Assembly: GCA_031431235.1 (NCBI GenBank) | Contig: JANPDA010000431.1 | Coordinates: 367-64,366 of the forward strand | Reading direction: 5' to 3' | Source: Hyphomicrobiaceae bacterium | GTDB taxonomy: Bacteria; Pseudomonadota; Alphaproteobacteria; Rhizobiales; Hyphomicrobiaceae | Length of the DNA stretch: 64,000 nucleotides | Shown here: positions 38,737 to 47,227 of the stretch, one piece after another | Layout: every line of letters begins with the position of its first letter | Numbering within the stretch: the first letter of the stretch is position 1 | Program-made: the position numbers and the translations under genes | The notes under the pieces: generated by a model | Database searches by the model: none | Told to the model about the DNA's origin: nothing | Seen by the model: only the letters and a program-made list of their open reading frames with translations

Positions 38737-39378
38737 TTACGCCTTTTGATCCTGGTCCTTGGCCGCACGTCGCTGGGCCGTGGTGATCACCGCAGCCGCG
38801 CGCGTCCGTCCGTGCGAGAATTTGCGCGAGCTTTCCGAGGCAGCGGACAAGGCGTAGAGCACCCGAGCGGGGCTGTACTCGAGCGCGTAGTCGCTGTCGA
38901 CGCCGATCTTGGCGGCCTCGGCGAACGCATCCTGGTTGGCGCCGAGATAGAGCACGAGCCAGTTCTTCTCCTGCTGGCGCGATTCGAGCAGCGCCTTGAT
39001 GCTTTCCTTCGAATGCTCGCGGCTCGCGTTCTCGCGCCCGTCGGTCAGGATCACGAGGCTGGCGACCTCGTTGCCGGCAAGCTTCACGCCGTCGATGTGG
39101 GCGACCGTCTTGGCGATCGCATCGTAGAGCGGCGTGCCGCCGCGCGGCACATAGGTTTCCCGGGTGAGCGCGGGGATGATATGAACCGACTGGGAATCGT
39201 GATGGAGGTCGATGCCTTGCGTATCGAACTGGGTGAGCGACAGACGCGTCAACGTCGCGTCGTGGATCTGCAGCGAGCGGACATAGGTGTTGAATGCCGC
39301 TATGGTTGTGTCGCGGCAAGTCTCCATGGAACCGGAACGATCGAGCAGAACATGAACGTAGAGACGGTTCTCGGTCAT
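38737..39378 (-). CDS. von Willebrand factor A (vWA) domain protein
   Basis: 213 aa from ATG 39378 with the MIDAS motif LLDRSGSM plus GGTPLYDAI and ILTDGREN. No partner gene is adjacent. Confidence 0.75.
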   Translation of the reverse strand: MTENRLYVHVLLDRSGSMETCRDTTIAAFNTYVRSLQIHDATLTRLSLTQFDTQGIDLHHDSQSVHIIPALTRETYVPRGGTPLYDAIAKTVAHIDGVKLAGNEVASLVILTDGRENASREHSKESIKALLESRQQEKNWLVLYLGANQDAFAEAAKIGVDSDYALEYSPARVLYALSAASESSRKFSHGRTRAAAVITTAQRRAAKDQDQKA

Positions 39379-39473
39379 AATTCCTCGCAAGTTAGAAGGG
39401 TTGACTGCCCCCGCTGACGAGCAATTGTAGCACATCCACACGTTTTCACGGAAATGTTATCAGGGCGATCCTT

Positions 39474-41579
39474 ATGAGCAAGAACGTCATTACTGCAGCC
39501 CGGCGCGGCCCGATCGCCAAGCGGGTGGCCCATCTCGCGCGTTATCACGGAATTGAGCTTTCCGATGACTATGCATGGCTGAAGGCGCCCAATTGGCAGG
39601 AGGTCATGCGCTCGCCGGAGCTGCTCCCAGCCGACATCCGCGCCCAGCTCGAAGCCGAGAACGCCCATACCGCGCTCGTGCTCGAGGAAACCGAGGCGCT
39701 GCAGGCGTCGCTGTTTGCCGAGCTGAAGGGGCGCATCAAGCAGGACGATTCGAGCGTTCCCTCCCCGGACGGCTCGTTCGCCTACTACACCAGCCACGTC
39801 ACCGGCGGAGAATACCCCCGCGTCTGCCGGCAGCCCCGGGCTGGGGGACCCCAAGAGGTGCTGCTCGATGGCAACCTGATGGCCGAGGGGCTCGCCTATT
39901 TCCAGCTCGGCCACACCGAGCACAGCCCCGATCACCTCCTCCTCGCCTATACCGTCGACGACAAGGGATCGGAGTTCTACACGGCTCGCGTGCGCGACCT
40001 CGCGACCGGCCGCGATCTCCCCGACGTCGTCACGGAGACGGCCGGCCGCGTCGTCTGGGCGTCCGACAACCGCACGCTGTTCTACGTGAAGCTCGACGCC
40101 AATCACCGGCCCTTCGCCGTCTACCGCCATCGCCTGGGGACGGACGCCACCGGCGACGCCCTCGTCTATCAGGAGAGCGATCCGGGCTTCTTCGTCTCGA
40201 TCGGGGCGACCCAGAGCCGGCGTTTCATCGTGATCTCGTCCCATACGCACGAGACGACGGAGTTTCATCTGATCGATGCGGCTGCGCCCGAGACCGCGAC
40301 GCGCCTCGTCGAAGCACGTGCCGAAGGTCACGAATACTCGGTCGACGACTGGGGCGACCGGCTGCTGATCCTGACGAACGCCGACGGTGCCGTCGATTTC
40401 AAGCTGATGCAGGCTTCTCCCGCCAAGCCGGGCCGTGCCCATTGGTGCGAGCTCGAGCCGCATCGGCCCGGCCGGCTCATCCTCTCGGTCGAGCCTCTGG
40501 CCGGCCACCTGGTCAGGCTGGAGCGCGAGGATGGCCTGCCGCGCATCGCCATTCGCCGCAAAGAGGACGGCGCCGAGCATACGATCAGCTTCCCGGAGGA
40601 AGCCTATTCGCTCGGCATCATGGCGGGCTACGAGTTCGACACAAGGACATTGCGGTTCACCTATTCATCCATGACGACGCCATCCGAGGTGATCGACTAC
40701 GACTTGGAGAGCCGGGCGCGGACGCTGCGCAAGCGCCAGGAGGTGCCGAGCGGGCACAATCCCGCGGACTACGTCACGCGGCGCGTGCAGGCGCCTGCCC
40801 ATGACGGCGAGCTTGTGCCGGTTTCCATTCTCTACCGCAAGGAAACCAAGCTCGACGGCTCGGCGCCGCTCCTCCTCTATGGCTATGGCTCCTACGGCAT
40901 CGCGATGCCGGCAAGCTTCTCGACGGCGCGGCTCAGCCTCGTTGATCGCGGCTTCGTCTACGCGATCGCCCACATCCGCGGCGGCAAGGACAAGGGCTAT
41001 GGCTGGTACACGGAAGGAAAGCGCGAGAAGAAGACGAACACGTTCAGGGATTTCATCGCGGCAGCTGAGCATCTGGCGGCCGAGCGCTTCACTTCACGCG
41101 GCGGCATCATCGCGCATGGCGGCTCGGCGGGCGGAATGCTGATGGGCGCCATCGCCAACATGGCGCCCGACCTGTTTGCCGGCATCATCGCGGAAGTTCC
41201 CTTCGTCGACGTGCTCGCGACCATGCTCGATGATACGCTCCCGCTCACCCCGCCCGAGTGGCCCGAATGGGGCAATCCGATCGCCAGTGCCGCCGATTTC
41301 GCGACGATCCGCGCCTATTCGCCCTACGACAACGTCGAGGCCAAGCCCTATCCGGCGATCCTCGCCATGGCGGGCCTCACCGACCCGCGCGTCACCTATT
41401 GGGAGCCGGCGAAGTGGGTGGCCAAGTTGCGTGCGATGAAGACGGATTCCAATCCACTCCTGCTGAAGACCAACATGGGAGCCGGTCACGGCGGCGCCTC
41501 CGGCCGCTTCGAGCATCTGAAGGAGGTGGCGCTCGCCTACGCGTTCGCGCTGCTGTTGACCGGGCGGGCGGCGGGCTGA
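39474..41579 (+). CDS. ptrB: S9-family serine peptidase, oligopeptidase B (protease II)
   Basis: 701 aa with a beta-propeller N-terminus and a catalytic domain containing the HGGSAGGMLMG nucleophile motif and GAGHGG. Confidence 0.85.
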   Translation: MSKNVITAARRGPIAKRVAHLARYHGIELSDDYAWLKAPNWQEVMRSPELLPADIRAQLEAENAHTALVLEETEALQASLFAELKGRIKQDDSSVPSPDGSFAYYTSHVTGGEYPRVCRQPRAGGPQEVLLDGNLMAEGLAYFQLGHTEHSPDHLLLAYTVDDKGSEFYTARVRDLATGRDLPDVVTETAGRVVWASDNRTLFYVKLDANHRPFAVYRHRLGTDATGDALVYQESDPGFFVSIGATQSRRFIVISSHTHETTEFHLIDAAAPETATRLVEARAEGHEYSVDDWGDRLLILTNADGAVDFKLMQASPAKPGRAHWCELEPHRPGRLILSVEPLAGHLVRLEREDGLPRIAIRRKEDGAEHTISFPEEAYSLGIMAGYEFDTRTLRFTYSSMTTPSEVIDYDLESRARTLRKRQEVPSGHNPADYVTRRVQAPAHDGELVPVSILYRKETKLDGSAPLLLYGYGSYGIAMPASFSTARLSLVDRGFVYAIAHIRGGKDKGYGWYTEGKREKKTNTFRDFIAAAEHLAAERFTSRGGIIAHGGSAGGMLMGAIANMAPDLFAGIIAEVPFVDVLATMLDDTLPLTPPEWPEWGNPIASAADFATIRAYSPYDNVEAKPYPAILAMAGLTDPRVTYWEPAKWVAKLRAMKTDSNPLLLKTNMGAGHGGASGRFEHLKEVALAYAFALLLTGRAAG

Positions 41580-41653
41580 TCGGCGACGGGGCTGGCAGCG
41601 GCGGCACAAATGCATCATAGTCGCTGGCCTGCGAACCAGATGTGCTGCCCAGA

Positions 41654-42553
41654 ATGTCCGCGTCCCCGTCTTCACCGACCAGCCTCAAAGACCTGATCGG
41701 CTGGCTGACACGCAGCTACCGCGAGCTGTCGCCCAAGCTGCAGACCGCGGCGCGCCACGTGCTCGACCGGCCAGAGGACGTGGCAATTAAATCCATGCGC
41801 AGCCTCGCGAGCGACGCGGGCGTACCGCCATCGACCATGGTGCGGCTCGCCAAGGCCGCCGGTTTCGAAAGTTATGACGGCTTCCGCAACGTGTTTCAGC
41901 AGGCGGTCCGATCGGCCGGAACCGATCTGGTTACCCGGGCGGAGTGGCTGCAGCGCCTGCCGGAAGGCGGCCGCGCCGCCCAGGTGCTGGGCGGTATGGC
42001 TGGCGCGATCCTCGCCAATATCGAGCATGCGTTTCGCGGCAACGATCTGGCGACATTGAAGGAAGCCGCCGATACGTTGCGCAAGGCGAGGCGGGTTTTT
42101 GCGGTGGGCGTCGGCGGCATGCACGCGCTCGCGGCCTATCTGCACTACGTCGCCCGGATGGCGCTGCCTGATGTCCGGCTGGCCGAGCCGGCGATGGCGA
42201 GCATGATCGACGAGCTGACCGACGTCGAGCCCTCGGATGTGATCGTGTTGCTGTCGGTCGAGCCCTATGCCACGGAAACGGTGCGGGTGGCGGAGTTCGT
42301 GGTCCGGCGCAAGGCCCGTCTCGTCGCCATCACCGACAGCCGGGCTTCCCCGATTGCGCCGTTGGCCTCGACGCTCCTGCTGGCGCCGACAGCGACGCCT
42401 CAGTTCTTTCCCTCGCAGGCGGCCGTGATCGCGCTGATCGAGACACTGATTGCCCTGATCGTGTCGCACGGCGACAAGCACGTGCTCGAGCGCATCGAGC
42501 GGGCCGACCGTCACCGGCGCGAGTCGGGCATGTACTGGCCGCGCAAGAGCTGA
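41654..42553 (+). CDS. MurR/RpiR-family transcriptional regulator (HTH + SIS domain)
   Basis: LSPKLQTAARHVLDRPEDVAIKSMRSLASDAGVPPSTMVRLAKAAGF (HTH_6), followed by a SIS-like region VFAVGVGGMHALA. Confidence 0.8.
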   Translation: MSASPSSPTSLKDLIGWLTRSYRELSPKLQTAARHVLDRPEDVAIKSMRSLASDAGVPPSTMVRLAKAAGFESYDGFRNVFQQAVRSAGTDLVTRAEWLQRLPEGGRAAQVLGGMAGAILANIEHAFRGNDLATLKEAADTLRKARRVFAVGVGGMHALAAYLHYVARMALPDVRLAEPAMASMIDELTDVEPSDVIVLLSVEPYATETVRVAEFVVRRKARLVAITDSRASPIAPLASTLLLAPTATPQFFPSQAAVIALIETLIALIVSHGDKHVLERIERADRHRRESGMYWPRKS

Positions 42554-42634
42554 CCTGCACGGCAGTCTTGCCGTCGACGATAACGAGTCGGTAGGGATGT
42601 TTGTGCGCAGCAAATTAACGAATGATCGTTAGCA

Positions 42635-43051
42635 TTGGATCGAAATATGGGTCTGAACTTGGTCCTGGTCGCAGCTTGCGCGCTGGTGGATGCCGATGGT
42701 CGAGTGCTGCTGGCGAAACGTCCTGCGGGTCGTTCGATGGCAGGCCTCTGGGAGTTTCCCGGCGGCAAGGTCGAGGCGGGTGAGGCACCCGAGGAAGCTC
42801 TGATCCGGGAGCTCCGCGAGGAGCTCGGGATCGAGGTTCCGGCGCGGTGTCTCTCGCCTTTCACCTTCGCTAGCCACCGCTACGACGGTTTCCATCTGCT
42901 GATGCCGCTCTACGTCTGCCGCAACTGGCAGGGAGAGGCGGAAGCAAGGGAAGGCCAGGAGCTGGCCTGGGTCAGGGCCAACCGGATGGGCGACTATCAG
43001 ATGCCACCGGCCGACGAGCCCTTGCGGGCGATGCTGCGGGACCTGTTGTAG
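42635..43051 (+). CDS. mutT: 8-oxo-dGTP diphosphatase (NUDIX, MutT-like)
   Basis: Nudix box GLWEFPGGKVEAGEAPEEALIRELREELGI. About 135 aa. Confidence 0.85.
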   Translation: MDRNMGLNLVLVAACALVDADGRVLLAKRPAGRSMAGLWEFPGGKVEAGEAPEEALIRELREELGIEVPARCLSPFTFASHRYDGFHLLMPLYVCRNWQGEAEAREGQELAWVRANRMGDYQMPPADEPLRAMLRDLL

Positions 43052-43138
43052 GGACGTGAGGAGAGCGCGGTGGCCACAAGCAGCAAGACGAAGCGAGCGG
43101 CGCCTGCCACGCTCGCGGCTGCCAGCAAGGCCACGCCG

Positions 43139-43309
43139 GTGACAGCGCGCTTCGCCAGCTGCACCTCGGGCGCAACCTCGGTCGAGTACGGGCTGATCGC
43201 TGCCATCGTGTTCCTCGGCATCATCGCCTCGGTCTCGTCGCTGAAGCAGCCGTTGAACGACATCTTCGAAAGCGTCACGATCAATTTTCAGGCGATCCTG
43301 GGCTCTTGA
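43139..43309 (+). CDS. flp: Flp-family type IVb pilin
   Basis: GATSVEYGLIAAIVFLGIIASV is the Flp G/XXXXEY processing motif plus hydrophobic helix. GTG 43139 gives a typical 56-aa prepilin; the ORF could start at ATG 43070. Confidence 0.75.
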   Translation: MTARFASCTSGATSVEYGLIAAIVFLGIIASVSSLKQPLNDIFESVTINFQAILGS

Positions 43310-44201
43310 TCGGGCGGGCGGATCGCTCCCTCGTCCCGAGCGCGTCGGCGAGCCTGGCTGCGGCGCTGCCGGGCTTCAGCGGCTTCTGCTGGTCTGGATG
43401 GGGCGCCCAACCGGTCAAGGTCACGATCTCGAAGGTCGCGCGCACGCGGCCGCTTTCGGCGGGAAAGCGCTCGGCGTAGATTTCGACGGCCCTTGCGAGC
43501 GTGCCACGGCGCAACGGGCGCCGGCTGCGCTCGGTGAGCGCATTGCCCCCACCCATGCCACGCAGATCGTCGATCAGGCCGAGCAGCGAGGAATAGGTCA
43601 CAGTCAGGGTTTCGCTGTCGGCGACCGGCAGCGCAAAGCCCGCGCGCTGGAGGAGTTGCCCCAGCTCGCGGACGTCGGCGAAGGGGGCCACCCGCAAGCC
43701 CGCGCCGCCTGTCGTCTCCGCTTCGGCCGCGGCCAGCGCCTCGCGCAACTCGCAGAGCGTGCGTCCGCCCAGCAGGCTTGCGAGGAAGAGTCCATCGGGA
43801 CGGAGCGCGCGCCTGGCTTGCACCAGAGTGCCCGGCAGGTCGTTGACGAGCTGGAGGGCGAGCGCGGAGACGATCAGGTCGATCGAGCCTTCGCGGAACG
43901 GTAAGACCTCCTCGTCGGCAACCAGCACCAGGTGGTTGCCCCGGTCGCCGTGCGCGATCGCCGGCACCGCCCCGATGACGGCGCCCACCGATCCCCCGCG
44001 CTCGAGGTGCAACGCGAGTTGCCCGCTTCGCGAGCCGAGATCGACGGCGAGGGCGAAGCTCCGCCGCACCGCCGCCAGCCGCTCGGCAAGGTCGCTCGCC
44101 ACATGCTCGAGCAGGAACCCATGCGATGCGAGCCCACGCGCCGCACGGGCGAAACGCCAGCGTACCAGCGTCCGGTCGAAGATCTGCGGCGCTGTGGACA
44201 T
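43281..44201 (-). CDS. class I SAM-dependent methyltransferase (BioC/NDUFAF5-like)
   Basis: 306 aa: MSTAPQIFDRTLVRWRFARAA..., LAVDLGSRSG, and DLIVSALALQLVNDLPGTLVQARRALRPDGLF. Confidence 0.75.
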   Translation of the reverse strand: MSTAPQIFDRTLVRWRFARAARGLASHGFLLEHVASDLAERLAAVRRSFALAVDLGSRSGQLALHLERGGSVGAVIGAVPAIAHGDRGNHLVLVADEEVLPFREGSIDLIVSALALQLVNDLPGTLVQARRALRPDGLFLASLLGGRTLCELREALAAAEAETTGGAGLRVAPFADVRELGQLLQRAGFALPVADSETLTVTYSSLLGLIDDLRGMGGGNALTERSRRPLRRGTLARAVEIYAERFPAESGRVRATFEIVTLTGWAPHPDQQKPLKPGSAAARLADALGTRERSARPIKSPGSPEN

Positions 44202-44208
44202 CGGGAGC

Positions 44209-45618
44209 TCAGGCGATCCCTTCTGCCTTCAGATCATCGAGGGTCGCGACGATGCCCGCCCGCAACATGGCGACCAGATCGTCGATCTGCTCGCGGGTGA
44301 GGACGAGCGGCGGGGAGATCACGTTGAGCGGCCCGATCGGTCGGACGATGAGGCCGAGCCGCTCGCAATGGTCCGAGATGCGCTTGCCGATGTTGACCTT
44401 GTCGGGGAAGTGCTTGCCGGTTTGCGGATCGGCGACGTTCTCGACGCACATCATGAAATGGCTGCCGCGCACATCGCCGACGATCGGCAGGTCGTGCAGC
44501 TCGTGCAGCTTCTCCTCCAGATAGGGCCCCACGCGGCGCACGTGCCCGCACAGGTCCTCGCGCTCGATCAGGGCGATGTTGGCGTTGGCGGCCGCGCACG
44601 CGACCGGGTGCCCGGAGTAGGTGAAGCCCATGGAGAGCCAGCCGTCGGGATCAGGCGAGGAGATGACGTCGTAGATCTCGTCGGAGAAAATTGCTGCGCC
44701 GAGCGGCTGATAACCAGACGTCAGCCCTTTGGCGCAGACGATGATGTCGGGCTCGATGCCGAACACGTCCTTGGACGCGAACCAGTGGCCGAGCCGGCCG
44801 AAGCCCGTCACCACCTCGTCGGACAGATAGAGGATATCGTGCTGGCGGCAGAGCTCGCGGGTGCGCTGGTGGTAGCCGGCTGGCGGTACGATGACGCCGC
44901 CTGCGCCCAGGATCGGCTCGGCGAGGAACATGCCGATGTTGCCGGCGCCGATCTCCCCGATCATGGCGTCGAGCTCCTCCACCAGCCAGTCGCAGAACCG
45001 ATCCTCGGCGACGCCGGGCGGGCGCCGGTAGGAGTTGGGCGAGGAGACGTGGTGGATGAAGGACGTCGGATAGTCGAAATGGGGTGAACGGTCGCCCGGC
45101 TTGCCCGAGATGGCGCTCGTGAGGTAGGTGGCGCCGTGGTAGGAATCGTTGCGAGTGAGGATGTGCTTCTTCGACCGCTTGCCGCGCCGGTTCTGGTAGT
45201 ATTGCATCAGGCGGACGGCGAGATCGTTGGCGGTCGAGCCGCCGCAAGTGAAGATCACATGATTGAGGCTGCCGGGTGCCAGCTCCGCGAGCTTGGCGGC
45301 CAGCTCGGATGCCGGCACGTTCGTCGTATCGACGAATGAGTTGAAGAAGGCGAGCCGGCGCGCCTGATTGGCGATCGCTTCCACGATTTCCTCGCGGCCA
45401 TATCCCGCATTCACACACCAGAGCCCGGCGATGCCGTCGAGATAGCGCTTGCCGGCGGCGTCGTAGACATAGGCGCCCTCGCTCGCCGACATGACGAGCG
45501 AGCCGTCCTGCTTGAAGCTGTCGAAATGCGTCCAGGGATGGACGAAGTGATCCTTGTCCTTCTGCCAGATGTCCTTGGCCTGGTTGTGGTCGAGGATTGC
45601 AGGCTCATGGAGCGCCAT
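44209..45618 (-). CDS. class III (omega) aminotransferase, PLP-dependent
   Basis: 469 aa: GLWCVNAGYGREEI, DEVVTGFGRLG, and the PLP-Lys region DIIVCAKGLTSGY. Confidence 0.9.
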   Translation of the reverse strand: MALHEPAILDHNQAKDIWQKDKDHFVHPWTHFDSFKQDGSLVMSASEGAYVYDAAGKRYLDGIAGLWCVNAGYGREEIVEAIANQARRLAFFNSFVDTTNVPASELAAKLAELAPGSLNHVIFTCGGSTANDLAVRLMQYYQNRRGKRSKKHILTRNDSYHGATYLTSAISGKPGDRSPHFDYPTSFIHHVSSPNSYRRPPGVAEDRFCDWLVEELDAMIGEIGAGNIGMFLAEPILGAGGVIVPPAGYHQRTRELCRQHDILYLSDEVVTGFGRLGHWFASKDVFGIEPDIIVCAKGLTSGYQPLGAAIFSDEIYDVISSPDPDGWLSMGFTYSGHPVACAAANANIALIEREDLCGHVRRVGPYLEEKLHELHDLPIVGDVRGSHFMMCVENVADPQTGKHFPDKVNIGKRISDHCERLGLIVRPIGPLNVISPPLVLTREQIDDLVAMLRAGIVATLDDLKAEGIA

Positions 45619-45714
45619 GGATCGGATCCTTGGAGGTCGGGCGACCTGGTCGCTGTGCCGGTCCTGCCCTCGAGCGCAGTGAAGCATCACCCGGCGCTGC
45701 AGGCAACCGCGGGG

Positions 45715-46383
45715 CTATTGCATCTGCGCTCGTAACGCGGCGGCAGCGGCAAGGGGGGACAGCACGACGCTCGCCACGCTGAGTGCGCAAAGGATCAGGA
45801 ATGGCTGGAGAAACGATCCCGGACCGGTGACGACCGCGTCGATGCTGACGACGCCGAAGATCAGCACCGGCACATAGAGCGGCAGCACCAGCAGCGACAG
45901 CAGGAGGCCGCCGCGCCGGAGCCCCAGCGTCAAGGCCGCTCCGATCGCGCCGATGAAGCTGACGGCGGGCGTGCCGGCGAGCAGCGTCGCCAGCAGCGGG
46001 CCGTAAGCTTCGAGCGGCAGGTTGAGCAGCAGCCCCAGCGCGGGCGCTGCGAGCGCGAGCGGGATCGCCGTCGAGATCCAATGGGCGAGGCTCTTGCCCG
46101 CCGCCACCAGCTCGAGCGGCAGCGGCCCGAGCGCGATCGCCTCGAGTACACCGTCCTCATGGTCCTGATGGAAGATCCGGTCGGCCGAGAGCAGTGCCGC
46201 CAGCAGCAGCGCGACCCACAATACGCCGGGCGCAATGCGTGACAGCAGGTTGAGGTCGGGACCCAGGCCCAGCGGCAGGATCGAGACGACGATCAGAAAG
46301 AAGCCGAGCGCCGTGCCGACCGCTCCGCCCTCGCGCAGCGCGAGCCGCAGGTCGCGGGCTACGAGGGCGAGGAAGGGGGTCAT
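45715..46383 (-). CDS. ccmB: heme exporter protein B (cytochrome c maturation)
   Basis: 222 aa from ATG 46383: MTPFLALVARDLRLALREGG... A six-TM protein typical of CcmB. Confidence 0.9.
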   Translation of the reverse strand: MTPFLALVARDLRLALREGGAVGTALGFFLIVVSILPLGLGPDLNLLSRIAPGVLWVALLLAALLSADRIFHQDHEDGVLEAIALGPLPLELVAAGKSLAHWISTAIPLALAAPALGLLLNLPLEAYGPLLATLLAGTPAVSFIGAIGAALTLGLRRGGLLLSLLVLPLYVPVLIFGVVSIDAVVTGPGSFLQPFLILCALSVASVVLSPLAAAAALRAQMQ

Positions 46384-46612
46384 TCGATCGACCGCCCGCC
46401 AACTCTGCCTCCGTTTCCCCGGACGGCCGACGTACCGAAGGCGTACCTTCGGTGCGGCGGCCGATCCGGGGCCCAGCGGCACCGTCTCCGAGAGCTGCGG
46501 CTTGCCGCCCTGGGTCCCGGCGCTCGGGCCGGGCCGAGGTTCTCGATCGCCCAATCGGTTCCGGGGCCCGCCGTCGGCCGGGAAATCGGAAGGTGGTCTA
46601 GTCGGTCGAGCA

Positions 46613-47227
46613 TCATGCGGAGGCCTCCCCGCCGAGCCGCAGCTCCCGCGTCGCCAGCCCGAGCGGCACGTGGGTTGCGGCAATCGCCATCCCGCCGCCC
46701 GCCAGATGCTCGCGCACCAATCCCGCCACCAGCTCGACGGATGGCGCATCGAGCGATACAGTCGGCTCGTCCAGCAGCCAGAGCGGGCGCGGTGCCGCGA
46801 GCAGGCGCGCCAGGCCGAGCCGGCGCTTCTGACCGGCCGAGAGATAGCCGGCGGGGATGTGGGCCAAGGCCATGAGCGCCAGGCGGTCGAGCGCCCGCTC
46901 CCGGTCGGCCGCCGCGCGCGAGCCACCCAGAAAGGCCGCCCAGAACGAGAAATTCTCCTCGACCGTCAGGCTCGCCTTGAGGCCATTCTGATGGCCGATC
47001 GCGTGCATGTGCTCGGTGGGCTCTGCATCCGGTGCCAGGCCCTCGAGCACGATCCGTCCCGCATCGGGCGGGAGAAACCCGGCAATCGACCGCAACAAGG
47101 TGGTCTTGCCAGAGCCATTGGGCCCAGTGAGCAGCAAGGCCTCGCCGGCCGCGAGCGTGAACGACACGTTCCCGAGCACGCGCCGTCCGCCTCTGGACGC
47201 CGCGAGGCCCTCGACCACCAGCCTCAT
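46613..47227 (-). CDS. ccmA: heme ABC exporter ATP-binding protein (cytochrome c maturation)
   Basis: 204 aa: Walker A GPNGSGKTT, signature LSAGQKRR, Walker B LWLLDEP. The ATG overlaps the stop of the upstream MttB-family gene. Confidence 0.9.
   Translation of the reverse strand: MRLVVEGLAASRGGRRVLGNVSFTLAAGEALLLTGPNGSGKTTLLRSIAGFLPPDAGRIVLEGLAPDAEPTEHMHAIGHQNGLKASLTVEENFSFWAAFLGGSRAAADRERALDRLALMALAHIPAGYLSAGQKRRLGLARLLAAPRPLWLLDEPTVSLDAPSVELVAGLVREHLAGGGMAIAATHVPLGLATRELRLGGEASA

Noticed and set aside
38640-39473. Intact genomic island integrated at tRNA-Cys
   Set aside because: There is no integrase gene. I found no direct repeat of the tRNA 3' end by eye, and only one gene is present. 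At most this is a remnant.
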